This document shows, piece by piece, positions 1 through 9,017 of a DNA stretch of 64,000 bases (position 1 is its first letter; every line of letters begins with the position of its first letter). The DNA is taken from the NCBI GenBank assembly GCA_011523635.1, contig WTGI01000009.1:16781-80780 (forward strand), given 5' to 3'. The DNA is from Acidimicrobiia bacterium (lineage in GTDB: Bacteria; Actinomycetota; Acidimicrobiia; Spongiisociales; Spongiisociaceae). The notes under the pieces were generated by a model. The model was not told the DNA's origin. It ran no database searches and was given only the letters and a program-made list of their open reading frames with translations. The position numbers and the translations under genes were made by a program.

Positions 1-26
1 GGAGATGGGATGAAGCCCTCGCCGAG

Positions 27-437
27 TTGCGCGCCTACCGGAGACTGACCGGGGACACCACCCACATGCCCGTCGAGATGGACTCGCTCCGCGCCTTGAA
101 GCGCCACCGCGATGTGGAAGTTACGTGGGGCCGGTTCGTGGAACTCGGCGGCAACCGTCCCACCGAGGCCGAGGCGAGGGTCGTCTATGCCTCGTACCTG
201 CTCGACAGGGGGAGGGCTGCGGAGGCGTGGACGATCGCCGGACCTGATCGCCTTTCCAGAGATGCCCAGCCGTACGAGAGGCGGTGCTGGTTCGTGGCCG
301 CCCGGGCCGCCCTGGCGATGGGGGAGACGGACCCGGCCGCCCAGCTGACCGAGGCGATCCGGCGGGCGGATCCGGAGATGCCCGGGCTCGAGGAGCTGAT
401 CCGGCAGGTGGAGGAAGCCAGGTCAGGCCGGAGCTAG
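27..437 (+). CDS. hypothetical protein
   Basis: 136-aa ORF in the track with a GC3-rich codon pattern. No motif recognised. It may continue upstream of the window. Confidence 0.35.
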   Translation: MRAYRRLTGDTTHMPVEMDSLRALKRHRDVEVTWGRFVELGGNRPTEAEARVVYASYLLDRGRAAEAWTIAGPDRLSRDAQPYERRCWFVAARAALAMGETDPAAQLTEAIRRADPEMPGLEELIRQVEEARSGRS

Positions 438-550
438 CCCGACCACCCATCTGTATCGCTGAGTCATGGTCTCATACGTATTTCTGTCATACCCACCCCA
501 TACAGTGGTCTACCTATCGCACTTCTCCCTGAGGCGAAGGAGCCAATCCC

Positions 551-907
551 ATGGTCAAGAGCAACAATCCAGCCAAGCCCGAGGACACGAAGCGGCACGA
601 CCGCAACGAGGTTGTCCTGAGAGGCGTGCTGACCACCGCACCGGAGCATCGGGTCTTCGGATCGGGGGCGTCACTGGCCCGCCTGCTGGTGACGATCCGC
701 CTGTCCGCTCCGAGGACCCGGACCGACGTCATTCCGGTAACGGTCTGGGAACCGGAGGCGGCCGTCATCGAAGCCGAACGCGGGACTCCCATCGACGTTG
801 TAGGTCAGGTGCACCGCCGCTTCTGGACCGACGCCGAGGGCCGGCATAGCCGCGTCGAGGTGGTAGCGACCGAGGTCGTGCTCGGCGAGATCGAGGCGAC
901 CGCCTGA
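551..907 (+). CDS. single-stranded DNA-binding (SSB-like OB-fold) protein
   Basis: 118-aa ORF. The layout NEVVLRGVLTT..RVFGSGASLARLLVTI...PVTVWEPEAA...VVGQVHRRFWTDAEGRHSRVEVVATEV follows the SSB OB-fold pattern. It has no acidic C-terminal tail, so the family assignment is tentative. Confidence 0.5.
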   Translation: MVKSNNPAKPEDTKRHDRNEVVLRGVLTTAPEHRVFGSGASLARLLVTIRLSAPRTRTDVIPVTVWEPEAAVIEAERGTPIDVVGQVHRRFWTDAEGRHSRVEVVATEVVLGEIEATA

Positions 908-1013
908 GAACAGGCGCCTGGAACGCAGGCGTAGCGACCGCACACGAACGGCCACCGGGACACCGGCGGGTGTCGATTGCGGGCTATGCACTCCGCAACG
1001 GGATAATGGAAAC

Positions 1014-1784
1014 GTGCGGATTGCAGTTCGTCCCCGATGGATCGTCTTCTCGGTCCTGGTGGTCGTGGTGGCGGTCGCCTGCGTCTTCCTGGGGTTCTGG
1101 CAGTTGAGCCGTCTGGAGGAACGGCGGGCGTCCAATGCCGTCCTGGTCGCCAGGTTGGCCCGTGAGCCGATCCCGCTCGAGGACCTGACATCCGCGCTCC
1201 GGCCGGAGCAGGGGATAGAGGTCGACCCGGCCCACTACGAGCACACGAGAGTGGTTGCCACGGGAAGGCTGACCGAGCGGGGCCGGGTGCTGGTCCGTTC
1301 CCAGGTCGTCAGCGGGCAGGCCGGGGTGCACGGTGTGTATGCGATGGAGTTGGACGACGGAACCGCCGTCCTGGTGAACGTAGGCTGGTTCCCCATCGAC
1401 TCCGAGATCGGCTCGATCGCGGATGCTCTCGGAGGGTCGGGGCATATCGAGTTGACCGGCTTGGTCCGGGCCGACCAGAAGAGACCGGCGCTGGGCCGGG
1501 CAGAGCCCCCCGGACTGCTTGATACCGTGGCTCGGATCGACATCGACCGGATCCAGCAGCAGGTGGAGGCGCCGCTGCTGCCGTTCTGGATACAGATGGT
1601 CGAGCCGGACGATCCGGGCCGCCTTCCCATCCCCGTCCCTCTACCCGAGGCCGGCGAAGGAGCCCACCTGTCCTACGCCGTGCAGTGGTTCTCGTTCGCC
1701 GCCGTCGCCGTCATCGGCTACGCGGCCTTGATGCGTCGGGAGCTCAGGCCGGGCCGTCGGCGGAAGGCGCGGGCAGAGGGTTAG
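1014..1784 (+). CDS. SURF1 family (cytochrome oxidase assembly) protein
   Basis: N-terminal TM followed by WQLSRLEERR, and a C-terminal TM (HLSYAVQWFSFAAVAVIGYAAL). Both are typical SURF1 topology and motifs. Confidence 0.65.
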   Translation: MRIAVRPRWIVFSVLVVVVAVACVFLGFWQLSRLEERRASNAVLVARLAREPIPLEDLTSALRPEQGIEVDPAHYEHTRVVATGRLTERGRVLVRSQVVSGQAGVHGVYAMELDDGTAVLVNVGWFPIDSEIGSIADALGGSGHIELTGLVRADQKRPALGRAEPPGLLDTVARIDIDRIQQQVEAPLLPFWIQMVEPDDPGRLPIPVPLPEAGEGAHLSYAVQWFSFAAVAVIGYAALMRRELRPGRRRKARAEG

Positions 1785-2265
1785 CCAGGTCCTCGATGAC
1801 GCTGACGGACGGCATCCGGTCGAATACCCCCGGGTTGACCGAGATCTTGGTGGAGCGGTCTCCTCCGCCCACGATTATCTCGTCGAGCGACATGATCCGG
1901 GCGTCCACATAGACCGGAAGGTCGCCAGGGAGTCCGAAGGGTGTCACGCCGCCGATCTCCATTCCGGTCAGCTCCATCGTCAACTCGGCGGAGGCGAAGG
2001 ACAGCTTCCGTACCCCGAGGAGGCCACGTACCCGGCGGTTCACGTCGAGTCGGGTGGTGGCGGTAGCCAGGCAGACCGCGTTGTGCCCCAACGGCCGCTT
2101 CGAAGCCACCACGATGGCGTTGGCCGATTGCTCCGGGGAGTAGCCGTACCGCGCGCAGAAGTCCGCCGTGTGGGTGAACGCCGGGTCGATGTCGATGACC
2201 GTGAAGTCGGCTCGGAGGGCTGCCAGAGCGTCCTGGACCCTCTGAGCGATGTCGTTACTCATCAT
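1744..2265 (-). CDS. YbaK/ProX-type aminoacyl-tRNA deacylase domain protein
   Basis: IDPAFTHTADFCARYGYSPEQSANAIVV...AVCLATATTRLDVNRRVRGLLGVRKLSFASAELTMELTGMEIGGVTPFGL matches the YbaK/prolyl-tRNA editing domain. The ORF-track ATG at 2283 may be the start instead. Confidence 0.65.
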   Translation of the reverse strand: MMSNDIAQRVQDALAALRADFTVIDIDPAFTHTADFCARYGYSPEQSANAIVVASKRPLGHNAVCLATATTRLDVNRRVRGLLGVRKLSFASAELTMELTGMEIGGVTPFGLPGDLPVYVDARIMSLDEIIVGGGDRSTKISVNPGVFDRMPSVSVIEDLANPLPAPSADGPA

Positions 2266-2337
2266 CCGGCTGCATGGTGGCACGTGTGATGGCCCGAGCC
2301 AACCGTAAGCCGCCCGAGACGTGCGATACTCACACCC

Positions 2338-2541
2338 ATGGCGATCGATCCGGTGCTGTTGGACATCCTGGTGTGCCCTCTCAGCAAGGCATCTCTCAAG
2401 GAGATCGACGGCGCCCTGGTCTCCACCGATCCGGAGACCAGGATGCGCTACCGGATCGATGGCACCATTCCGGTCATGTTGGTGGAGGAGGGCGAACGGA
2501 TGCCCTTAGACGAATGGAAGGAAGCGATGGCGCGTGGCTGA
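2338..2541 (+). CDS. Trm112 family protein
   Basis: 67-aa protein with LLDILVCPLSKASL...DGTIPVMLVEE, the Trm112/YcaR zinc-ribbon-like signature. Confidence 0.7.
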   Translation: MAIDPVLLDILVCPLSKASLKEIDGALVSTDPETRMRYRIDGTIPVMLVEEGERMPLDEWKEAMARG

Positions 2542-2890
2542 GCAGCGTAACGACACGGTGTTCGGGATGATCCTGAGGGGCGAGATTCCCGCCGACATCG
2601 TCTACGAGGACGAGCTTGCCGTCGCCTTCCGGGACATAGCTCCCCAGGCCCCGGTCCATGTCCTGGTGATTCCACGGCGGCGCGTCCGGAGCCTCGCCCA
2701 CGCCGCAGCGGACGACCAGGCCCTCGTCGGCCATCTCCTGAGCGTGTGCGCGGCGGTTGCGGAGCAGGAGGGCGTGGCCGAGTCGGGCTACCGGGTGGTG
2801 ACCAACATCGGCGAGGACGGGGGACAGTCGGTCGATCATCTCCACTTCCACGTCCTGGGTGGCCGACGGCTGAGTTGGCCCCCCGGCTGA
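2534..2890 (+). CDS. HIT family (histidine triad) hydrolase
   Basis: HLHFHVLGG histidine triad and an N-terminal FGMILRGEIPADIVYEDE motif. It overlaps the Trm112 stop by 8 nt (operon). Confidence 0.8.
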   Translation: MAEQRNDTVFGMILRGEIPADIVYEDELAVAFRDIAPQAPVHVLVIPRRRVRSLAHAAADDQALVGHLLSVCAAVAEQEGVAESGYRVVTNIGEDGGQSVDHLHFHVLGGRRLSWPPG

Positions 2891-3912
2891 CCCGGCGCCC
2901 GGCCGGTGGCCTCTTGGTGGCACTGGCGGTCCTCCTCCTGCCGGCTGGGGCGGGCTGCTCGGCAGGGAACGGGGATCACGTCGTCGAGGTTGCCTTCTAC
3001 GCCTTCTTCGAGCCGGTGAGCTCGTCGGCGGACACCGATCCCGCGTCGCCCGACTTCAACGTTCACGTCGGCTACGAGGCCGACCTTCTGACCGCTATCG
3101 AGGCGATCGAGGGTTACGGCCTCCGGTTCCACCGCACCGCTATTCCCCAATGGAGCGACATCTGGCTGAGGCCGGCCGGTGCCGAGTTCGATCTTGCCGG
3201 TGGGGGCATCACCATTCTCGAGGCCCGCACCCGTGATGAGTCCGGCACAGCGGTCGTGGCGTTCACCGACGGCCACATCGACTTCACCCAGTCACTCCTG
3301 GTTCGCTCCGAAGACGCCCGCCGGTTGCCCGATCACGAGGCGCTCCTGCCTACGGATGTCGTGGGAGTCCTCCCCAATACGACCGGAGAGGCCAGGCTGC
3401 TCCAGCTCCTGGGGGTGGCGGACGAGGACGGGGGTCTCGCGGCCGGCACCCGCATCGAGACACCATCCGGTTGGATAACGGTCGAGACGGACGGTGCCCT
3501 CACCATCAGCGCCGCCCGCGCGTCGCAGGAGTTGGCAGCTCGCAAGCGCCTCATCGCGGCCGATCCCGACCGACCGGAGATCCTCTACCTGGGGGAGGAG
3601 CCCGGCGCGGAGGTCGGGGAGCCGGAGCTCCTGGCCGCACTGGCCGACGGCACGATCGACGCGATAGCCCGAGGCACCGCAGGCAACACGCTCGCGGCGG
3701 CCTCCTCGGGTGACGCCTTCGTAGTCACCGCCCTCGACCCCCGCCCCGAGCGAGGCGGATTCGTGGTAGACATCGACGACACCGGGCTCTTGAAAAAGAT
3801 CAACGAGGCCATCGCCTGGCTGACCGACGAGGGCCGGATCGGCCTGGCCGAGTGGCTGGCCGATCCTCTGGTCTTCCTCGAGCGGGCCGCCCTCTGGGAT
3901 GATCGGTACTGA
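2876..3912 (+). CDS. ABC transporter substrate-binding protein, family 3 (amino-acid type), probable lipoprotein
   Basis: Signal peptide with Cys (LLVALAVLLLPAGAGCS). SBP_bac_3 core GITILEARTRD...VAFTDGHIDFTQSLLVR. The start is uncertain. The track's ATG at 2746 lies inside the HIT gene, so TTG/CTG near 2876-2914 is preferred. Confidence 0.55.
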
Positions 3913-4007
3913 GGGCAGATCATGAGAAAGACCGCATGGGGGTTGAAATCGTCACACCCTCGCCATACATTACCCATCGCCAAGCACCTGCGCCGGTCGA
4001 GAGCTCT

Positions 4008-4171
4008 GCCAATTGGCTCGACCGACCCGAGGGAACAATCAGCTTCTAGGAGCGAAGGACCTTCATCCCGGCATCCAGCCGGGTATGGCCGACCACGCTC
4101 CAAACAGGAAAGGTGGTGGTGGGGGAGGGCCCGGTGCGGAGCGCCGGTTTTGCGGCGCGATTTTCGCGTTC
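4008..4171 (+). repeat. Copy 1 of a ~165-nt repeated structured intergenic element (candidate sRNA, cis-RNA or REP/MITE-like)
   Basis: Aligns over its full length with 10957..11118 and partially with the reverse complement of 43910..44076. Shared parts: GCCAATTGGC start, CCCGGCATCCAGCCGGG hairpin, G-rich (GGN)6 tract, hairpin CCGGTGC-GGA-GCGCCGG followed by TTTT, and a terminal CGCGATTTTCGCG hairpin. Reading frames are not conserved between copies, so it is non-coding. Confidence 0.6.
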
Positions 4172-5274
4172 TCGGGCCGGTCCGGCGGTGGCGCCGGGCG
4201 GTTGTGGTGCTGCTTATCTCCTCGCTGGTGGCTTGCGGTTTCGGATCCGACCCGACCGAGGAGGTGCCTTCCCCGGTCTGCGCGTCCGGGCAGATCGACG
4301 GCGAGGTGGTGCTGCTCAGCCGCGACGGGCAGATGGCGCCGGAGGTCATCGACCGGTTCGAGCGGCGCTACGCGGTGGACGTCAAGGAGCTGTTCTACGA
4401 GACCGACGGTGAGATGCTGTCCCGTGTAACCGCAGGCGCCGACCCGTTCGACGTGGTGATTCTTCGCCAGGACCTGGCGGCGATTCTCTGGCGTGGAGGC
4501 CAGCTCCACGCTCTCGACCCGATCGCCTTGCCGGGTCGGGTCAACCTCGACACGCAGCTCACCCGACCGGACTCGGATACCGAGGGCTTCTACACGGTGC
4601 CGCTCGTCTGGGGCACGGTCGGGATCGGTTTGAATGTCAACGTGGTGCCGGACACGGCCGAAACGAGCTGGGGACTCATCTTCGATCTCTCCCAAGCTTG
4701 GATCTACGCGGGTCGGGTCTCGCTCCTTGATGATCCCCGCCAGGTCATGGCCGCCGCCATGTTCTACCTGGGCTACTCGCCGAACTCGGCGAATCGGGAC
4801 GAGGTGCGGGAAGCCGGCCGGGTGGTGGCGGAGGCGAAGGCCCACTTGAGAGGGTTCGATTCCGAGGACTACGCGGCCAGGTTGGCCGATGGGGGGCTCG
4901 ACCTTGCTCAAGGCCGGTCGGATGACTTCCTGGCGGCCCTTGCGCCCGCCTCGGACGACTTCCTCTACGTCATACCCCAGGAAGGGGCCGCGATCTGGTT
5001 GGAGTCGATGGCCGTACCCGTCACCTCCCAGCATCCGTGCAGTGCCCACTCCTTCATCGACTACCTGCTCGAGCCTCGGACAGGAGCGCTAGTGGCCGAC
5101 CATATCGGAGAGGCCACCGCGAATACGGCCTCGCTTTCGTACCTGATGCCCGAGACCGCCGCCAACCGGACGCTCTATCCGACGCTCCTGGCCAGGGAGC
5201 GGCTGGTGCTCCTCGAATACACGGAGGAACTGGACCTCCTGTACGCCGAGGAGTTCGCTCTGGTGGTGGAATAG
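4150..5274 (+). CDS. polyamine (PotD/PotF-like) ABC transporter substrate-binding lipoprotein
   Basis: Lipoprotein signal RRWRRAVVVLLISSLVAC. SBP_bac_1/8-like body (DVVILRQD, YTVPLVWGTVGIGLN, YVIPQEGA) typical of spermidine/putrescine-binding proteins. The track ORF extends to 3922 only by reading through the repeat element. TTG 4150 or a downstream GTG is the likely start. Confidence 0.5.
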   Translation: MRRDFRVLGPVRRWRRAVVVLLISSLVACGFGSDPTEEVPSPVCASGQIDGEVVLLSRDGQMAPEVIDRFERRYAVDVKELFYETDGEMLSRVTAGADPFDVVILRQDLAAILWRGGQLHALDPIALPGRVNLDTQLTRPDSDTEGFYTVPLVWGTVGIGLNVNVVPDTAETSWGLIFDLSQAWIYAGRVSLLDDPRQVMAAAMFYLGYSPNSANRDEVREAGRVVAEAKAHLRGFDSEDYAARLADGGLDLAQGRSDDFLAALAPASDDFLYVIPQEGAAIWLESMAVPVTSQHPCSAHSFIDYLLEPRTGALVADHIGEATANTASLSYLMPETAANRTLYPTLLARERLVLLEYTEELDLLYAEEFALVVE

Positions 5275-5336
5275 GACGATGTCACTAGGTGTGGTGGAGG
5301 GCCGGTCCGGCGGCGGGAGCCTTGTAGTCTGATCTG

Positions 5337-6044
5337 GTGGCCGACACCGTTCCCAAGCTCCGACCTGTCCTCAAGAAGCGGGCCCCCCACCTTCGGGTCG
5401 AAAGGCGGCTCTGGGAGGTGGGACACGAGGTGGTGGTGGGTGTGGACGAGGTCGGGAGGGGTGCCTGGGCGGGTCCGTTGACTGTCGGAGCAGCCGTCAT
5501 CCCCAAGGACCGGCGCATCTACAAGCTGCGCGACTCCAAGATGCTCACCGAAGCCGAGCGCGAGGCGTTGTTCGATCGCGTGGCCGGCTGGTGTGTTCGG
5601 TGGTCGACCGGCCACGCCGACCACCAGGAATGTGATCGGCTGGGCATGTCGGAAGCCCAGCGCCTGGCCGCCCGCCGCGCGCTCGACGGCTTGGGTCTGA
5701 TCCCCGACCGCATCCTGGTCGACGGTCGCTGGGACTTCGTGGGTGGGGCGAGAACCATCAGGCTGGTCCGGGGGGATGCGACTTCCCTTTCGATTTCGGC
5801 CGCGTCGATCCTCGCCAAGGTGACCCGTGACCGGATGATGCGCCGGGCGGCGGCCCACTATCCGAACTACGGATTCGAGAGCAACAAGGGCTATCCATGC
5901 CCGACCCACAAGGCCGCCCTACAGGCATGGGGTCCGTCTGCCATCCACCGCCGGAGCTGGGTGTTCATGGACCACATGCCCTGGACCGGGATCCCACGCT
6001 ACGTCAGACCGGACCCCCAAGGAGTGCTCTTCGACGCCGGCTGA
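5337..6044 (+). CDS. rnhB: ribonuclease HII
   Basis: GVDEVGRGAWAGPLTVGAAV, DSKMLTEAERE, SISAASILAK and HYPNYGFESNKGYP match the RNase HII catalytic motifs. Confidence 0.85.
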   Translation: MADTVPKLRPVLKKRAPHLRVERRLWEVGHEVVVGVDEVGRGAWAGPLTVGAAVIPKDRRIYKLRDSKMLTEAEREALFDRVAGWCVRWSTGHADHQECDRLGMSEAQRLAARRALDGLGLIPDRILVDGRWDFVGGARTIRLVRGDATSLSISAASILAKVTRDRMMRRAAAHYPNYGFESNKGYPCPTHKAALQAWGPSAIHRRSWVFMDHMPWTGIPRYVRPDPQGVLFDAG

Positions 6045-6106
6045 CACGTTGTCCCTCAGGTAGAAGGTTGTAGCAGACGGCGGAAGCCGGACCTTTATCG
6101 AGAACC

Positions 6107-6901
6107 TCAGCCTGGTAGGAAACCGGCGATGGCGTCGATCACCCGGTCGGGTTGCTCGACCATCATGATATGGCCCGCGCCGTCGATGGTGACTTCCCGC
6201 AGGCCGGCCAAGCGTTCCCGGAGAGGCGCCGCCGCCCGGGACGGCGTCATGATGTCCACCGAGCCGCGGATGAGCAGTGCCGGGCACCGGACCTGGCCCG
6301 CCGCCTCAGGGCCGCCGGTGTAGTCATTGCAGGCGTGGAGGTCCGAAGCCAGGACCCCGGCTGGCGCCCGCTCCCACAACCGGATGGTGCCGCCCATCAT
6401 CCACAGGCCGGGCGTCTGGTGGCCGCCCAGGTGGAAGGGCTTGCCGTGACCCCAGGAGGACATCAACTCGTAGGCCAGGTGCTCTCCCTGCTCGGACGCG
6501 GCCAGCAGACCGGGATGAACCCGGATGGCGGAAGCCCCGCCGCACATGGTGAGGGTGGAAACACGATGCGGATGGCGCGCCGCCGCTTCGAGGGCGATCA
6601 GGGCGCCCATCGAGTGACCCACCAGATGGGCCTTCTCGAATCCCGCCGCCGCCACCAACTCCGCCACCCAGTCGGCGTAGTCCTCGATGGCGCCGAGCGC
6701 CGGACCGTCGGAGGAGCCGTGACCGGGAAGGTCCACCGCCAGGACCGAGAAGCCGTGGTGAGCGAAGTAGCGAGTCTGGAGCTGCCAGGTGGTCTTGTCC
6801 AGTGCTGCTCCGTGGATGAACACGAGAAGCGGTGATTCCCGGTCGAGATCCCGACCGCCGGTGGTGGCGGAGACACTGGAGGCGCGGACGGTCAGTTCCA
6901 C
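6107..6901 (-). CDS. alpha/beta hydrolase fold protein
   Basis: VFIHGAALD...LVGHSMGALIALE nucleophile elbow (GHSMG) with a later His. 264 aa. Confidence 0.6.
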   Translation of the reverse strand: MELTVRASSVSATTGGRDLDRESPLLVFIHGAALDKTTWQLQTRYFAHHGFSVLAVDLPGHGSSDGPALGAIEDYADWVAELVAAAGFEKAHLVGHSMGALIALEAAARHPHRVSTLTMCGGASAIRVHPGLLAASEQGEHLAYELMSSWGHGKPFHLGGHQTPGLWMMGGTIRLWERAPAGVLASDLHACNDYTGGPEAAGQVRCPALLIRGSVDIMTPSRAAAPLRERLAGLREVTIDGAGHIMMVEQPDRVIDAIAGFLPG

Positions 6902-6907
6902 GGCGAC

Positions 6908-8200
6908 CTACCGCTGGGAGGCTCGCAGTGCGGCAGCCAGGTCGTCCAACAGGTCGTCCGGATCCTCCAGGCCCACCGAGAGCCGGATCAGGTCCTCCCC
7001 GACCCCGGCCCTGGCCAACTGGTCGGCGCTCATGGTCGAATGGGTGGTCGAAGCCGGGTGGATCACCAGTGACTTGGCATCTCCGACGTTTGCCAGGTGC
7101 GAGAAGATGCGGAGGCGCTCGATGAACCGCCGGCCGGCGTCCCGCCCACCCTTGATGCCGAACGCCAGGATGGCGCCGCACCCGTCAGGCATCAACCGGG
7201 CCGCCCGATCGTGGTCGGGGTGCTCTGGCAGGTCGGGGTGGATGATCCAGGCCACCTCGTCCCGGCCTGTGAGGAAGTCCAGTACTACCCGGGTGTTGGC
7301 GACGTGCTTCTGCATCCGGATAGCCAGGGTCTCCATGCCCTGGAGGATGTAGAAGGCGTTCTGCGGGGCCAGGGGCGCTCCGAAGTCCCGCAGGCCTTCC
7401 ACCCGCCCCCGGATGATGAAGGCCTGCGTTCCGAACTCCTCGGTGAACCGGAGGCCGTGGTAGCTGGGATAGGGCTCCGTCAGGGTGGGGAACTTGCCCG
7501 AGGCCTCCCAGTCGAACCGTCCGCTATCGACCAGCGCTCCGCCCACGGCCAGCCCGTGCCCGCCGATGAACTTGGTCACGGAGTGGTAGGAGAGATCGAC
7601 GCCCCACTCGAAGGGGCGGAACAGGTAGGGAGTGGCAAACGTATTGTCGAGCATGAAAGGCACCAGGGCCTCGTGCGCGATGGCCGCCACGGCCTCCACG
7701 TCCATGATCTCCAGCCCGGGGTTGCCCAGCGTCTCGCCGTACACCAGCCGGGTCTCGGGGCGGATCGCGTCCCGGAAACCGTCGGTGTCCCGCGGATCCA
7801 CGAACGTGGTCCGGATCCCGAAGCGGGGGAGGGTGGTGCCCAGCAGGTTGTTGGATCCTCCGTACAGGGACGAGGAGGAGACGATGTGGTCGCCGGCCCC
7901 CATGAGTGTGGCGATGGCCAGGAACAGGGCGGACATGCCCGAGGCGGTGGCTATCGCCCCGACACCACCCTCGAGCGCCGCCAGCCGCTCCTCCAGGGCG
8001 GCCACGGTCGGGTTCGAGATCCGGCTGTAGATGTGGCCCTGCCGTTCCAGATTGAACAGGCCGGCCGCGTGTTCCACATCACGGAACACGTAGGAGGTGG
8101 TTTGATAGATTGGGATGGCGCGGGCGCCATGGTCGGAATCGGGATGATGGCCGGCGTGCACGCTCAGCGTGTCGAAGTTCAAAAACTTGGGATCAACCAA
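6908..8200 (-). CDS. metY: O-acetylhomoserine sulfhydrylase (aminocarboxypropyltransferase), PLP-dependent
   Basis: 430 aa. Cys/Met-metabolism PLP fold with HSVTKFIGGHG lysine motif, SRISNPTV, and MetY-typical length. TTG start with AGGAGA RBS. Confidence 0.8.
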   Translation of the reverse strand: MVDPKFLNFDTLSVHAGHHPDSDHGARAIPIYQTTSYVFRDVEHAAGLFNLERQGHIYSRISNPTVAALEERLAALEGGVGAIATASGMSALFLAIATLMGAGDHIVSSSSLYGGSNNLLGTTLPRFGIRTTFVDPRDTDGFRDAIRPETRLVYGETLGNPGLEIMDVEAVAAIAHEALVPFMLDNTFATPYLFRPFEWGVDLSYHSVTKFIGGHGLAVGGALVDSGRFDWEASGKFPTLTEPYPSYHGLRFTEEFGTQAFIIRGRVEGLRDFGAPLAPQNAFYILQGMETLAIRMQKHVANTRVVLDFLTGRDEVAWIIHPDLPEHPDHDRAARLMPDGCGAILAFGIKGGRDAGRRFIERLRIFSHLANVGDAKSLVIHPASTTHSTMSADQLARAGVGEDLIRLSVGLEDPDDLLDDLAAALRASQR

Positions 8201-8296
8201 CGGCTCTCCTATGCGGAGAACAGAGCCTAACGCTGCCGGCGTGCCGGTAGGGAAGGTGGGCGGGGCGGTCCCGGTCGAGGAGGTAGCGAGAGCCGC

Positions 8297-8980
8297 ATGG
8301 ACGAAGTATCGATCAGCTATTGCGGCGACTTCCAGGCCACCATCACCATCGAGCGGCCTGACACCCTGAATTCCCTGGCAGCGTCCACCCTGACCGAGCT
8401 GGCCCGGGCGGCGGCCGAGGTGTCCGCCCGCGGGGACTCGCTCAAGGTGGTGCTGCTGCGGGGTAGGGGCCGCGCGTTCTCATCGGGACTCGACCTGAGC
8501 ATGCTTGAGCCGGACTGCGGAGTCCCCGTCAGGGCGATCGTCCGGGGCGGTCAGACCGTCATGGACGCGTTCGACGCCATCCCTGCGGTCACCGTGGCCG
8601 TCCTCCGGGGGGCGGTGGTAGGGGGTGGCGTGGTGCTGGCGTCGGCGTGCGACCTGAGGATCGCCGCCGAGGACACCTATTTCGCCCTCCCGGAGGTCGA
8701 CCTGGGAGTTCCGATCCGCTGGGGCGGGGCTGCCCGGCTGGTTCGCGAGCTGGGGCCGTCCCTGGCTCGGGAACTGGCGTTGACCTGCCGTCCCTTCACC
8801 GCTCAGGAGGCCAAGGCAGCCGGATTCCTGACCAGGGTGGTTCCTGAGGGAGAGCTCGATGATGCGGTCCGGGAACTGGCGGAAACCCTGTGCGACAAGC
8901 CGGTCCGACCACTCCAGGCCGTGAAGCGGAGCATCGCCGAAGCGGTAGAGGTCATGACGCCCTCCCGCACCGGGTCCTGA
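8297..8980 (+). CDS. enoyl-CoA hydratase/isomerase (crotonase) family protein
   Basis: Crotonase fold pattern: LLRGRGRAFSSGLDL, AVLRGAVVGGGVVLASACDLRIAAEDTYFALPEVDLGV. Confidence 0.7.
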   Translation: MDEVSISYCGDFQATITIERPDTLNSLAASTLTELARAAAEVSARGDSLKVVLLRGRGRAFSSGLDLSMLEPDCGVPVRAIVRGGQTVMDAFDAIPAVTVAVLRGAVVGGGVVLASACDLRIAAEDTYFALPEVDLGVPIRWGGAARLVRELGPSLARELALTCRPFTAQEAKAAGFLTRVVPEGELDDAVRELAETLCDKPVRPLQAVKRSIAEAVEVMTPSRTGS

Positions 8981-9017
8981 GCCGGGCCACGGACGCCGGA
9001 CCCGCATCAGGTCCGGA

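Noticed and set aside
3922-4149. N-terminal 76 codons of the track ORF 3922..5274, and the overlapping ORFs 4013..4429 and 10894..11217 that both encode a shared peptide PGMADHAPN..GGGGGG
   Set aside because: The shared peptide is just the translation of repeat copies 1 and 2. The two copies are in different frames relative to their downstream sequence and have no common stop, so the conservation is at nucleotide or structure level and not coding.
5175-5909. Long antisense or alternative-frame ORFs overlapping confirmed genes (for example 5175..5909, 7097..8230, 9489..10658, 11423..12325, 19830..21092, 22659..23411, 23372..24694, 24885..25760, 26526..27461, 28124..29122, 33560..34564, 57138..57767, 60154..61536 and many shorter ones)
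   Set aside because: High-GC genomes routinely show open frames on the non-coding strand. The translations are Arg/Pro/Gly-rich low-complexity sequence with no motifs, and each overlaps a gene with clear family signatures.
8201-8296. Possible SAM riboswitch (SAM-IV is common upstream of actinobacterial metY/metX) in the metY leader
   Set aside because: Only about 96 nt separate the divergent metY and crotonase starts. No GGUCA...core or other SAM-aptamer features were recognisable. The leader carries an AGGAGA RBS close to the TTG start and nothing else distinctive.
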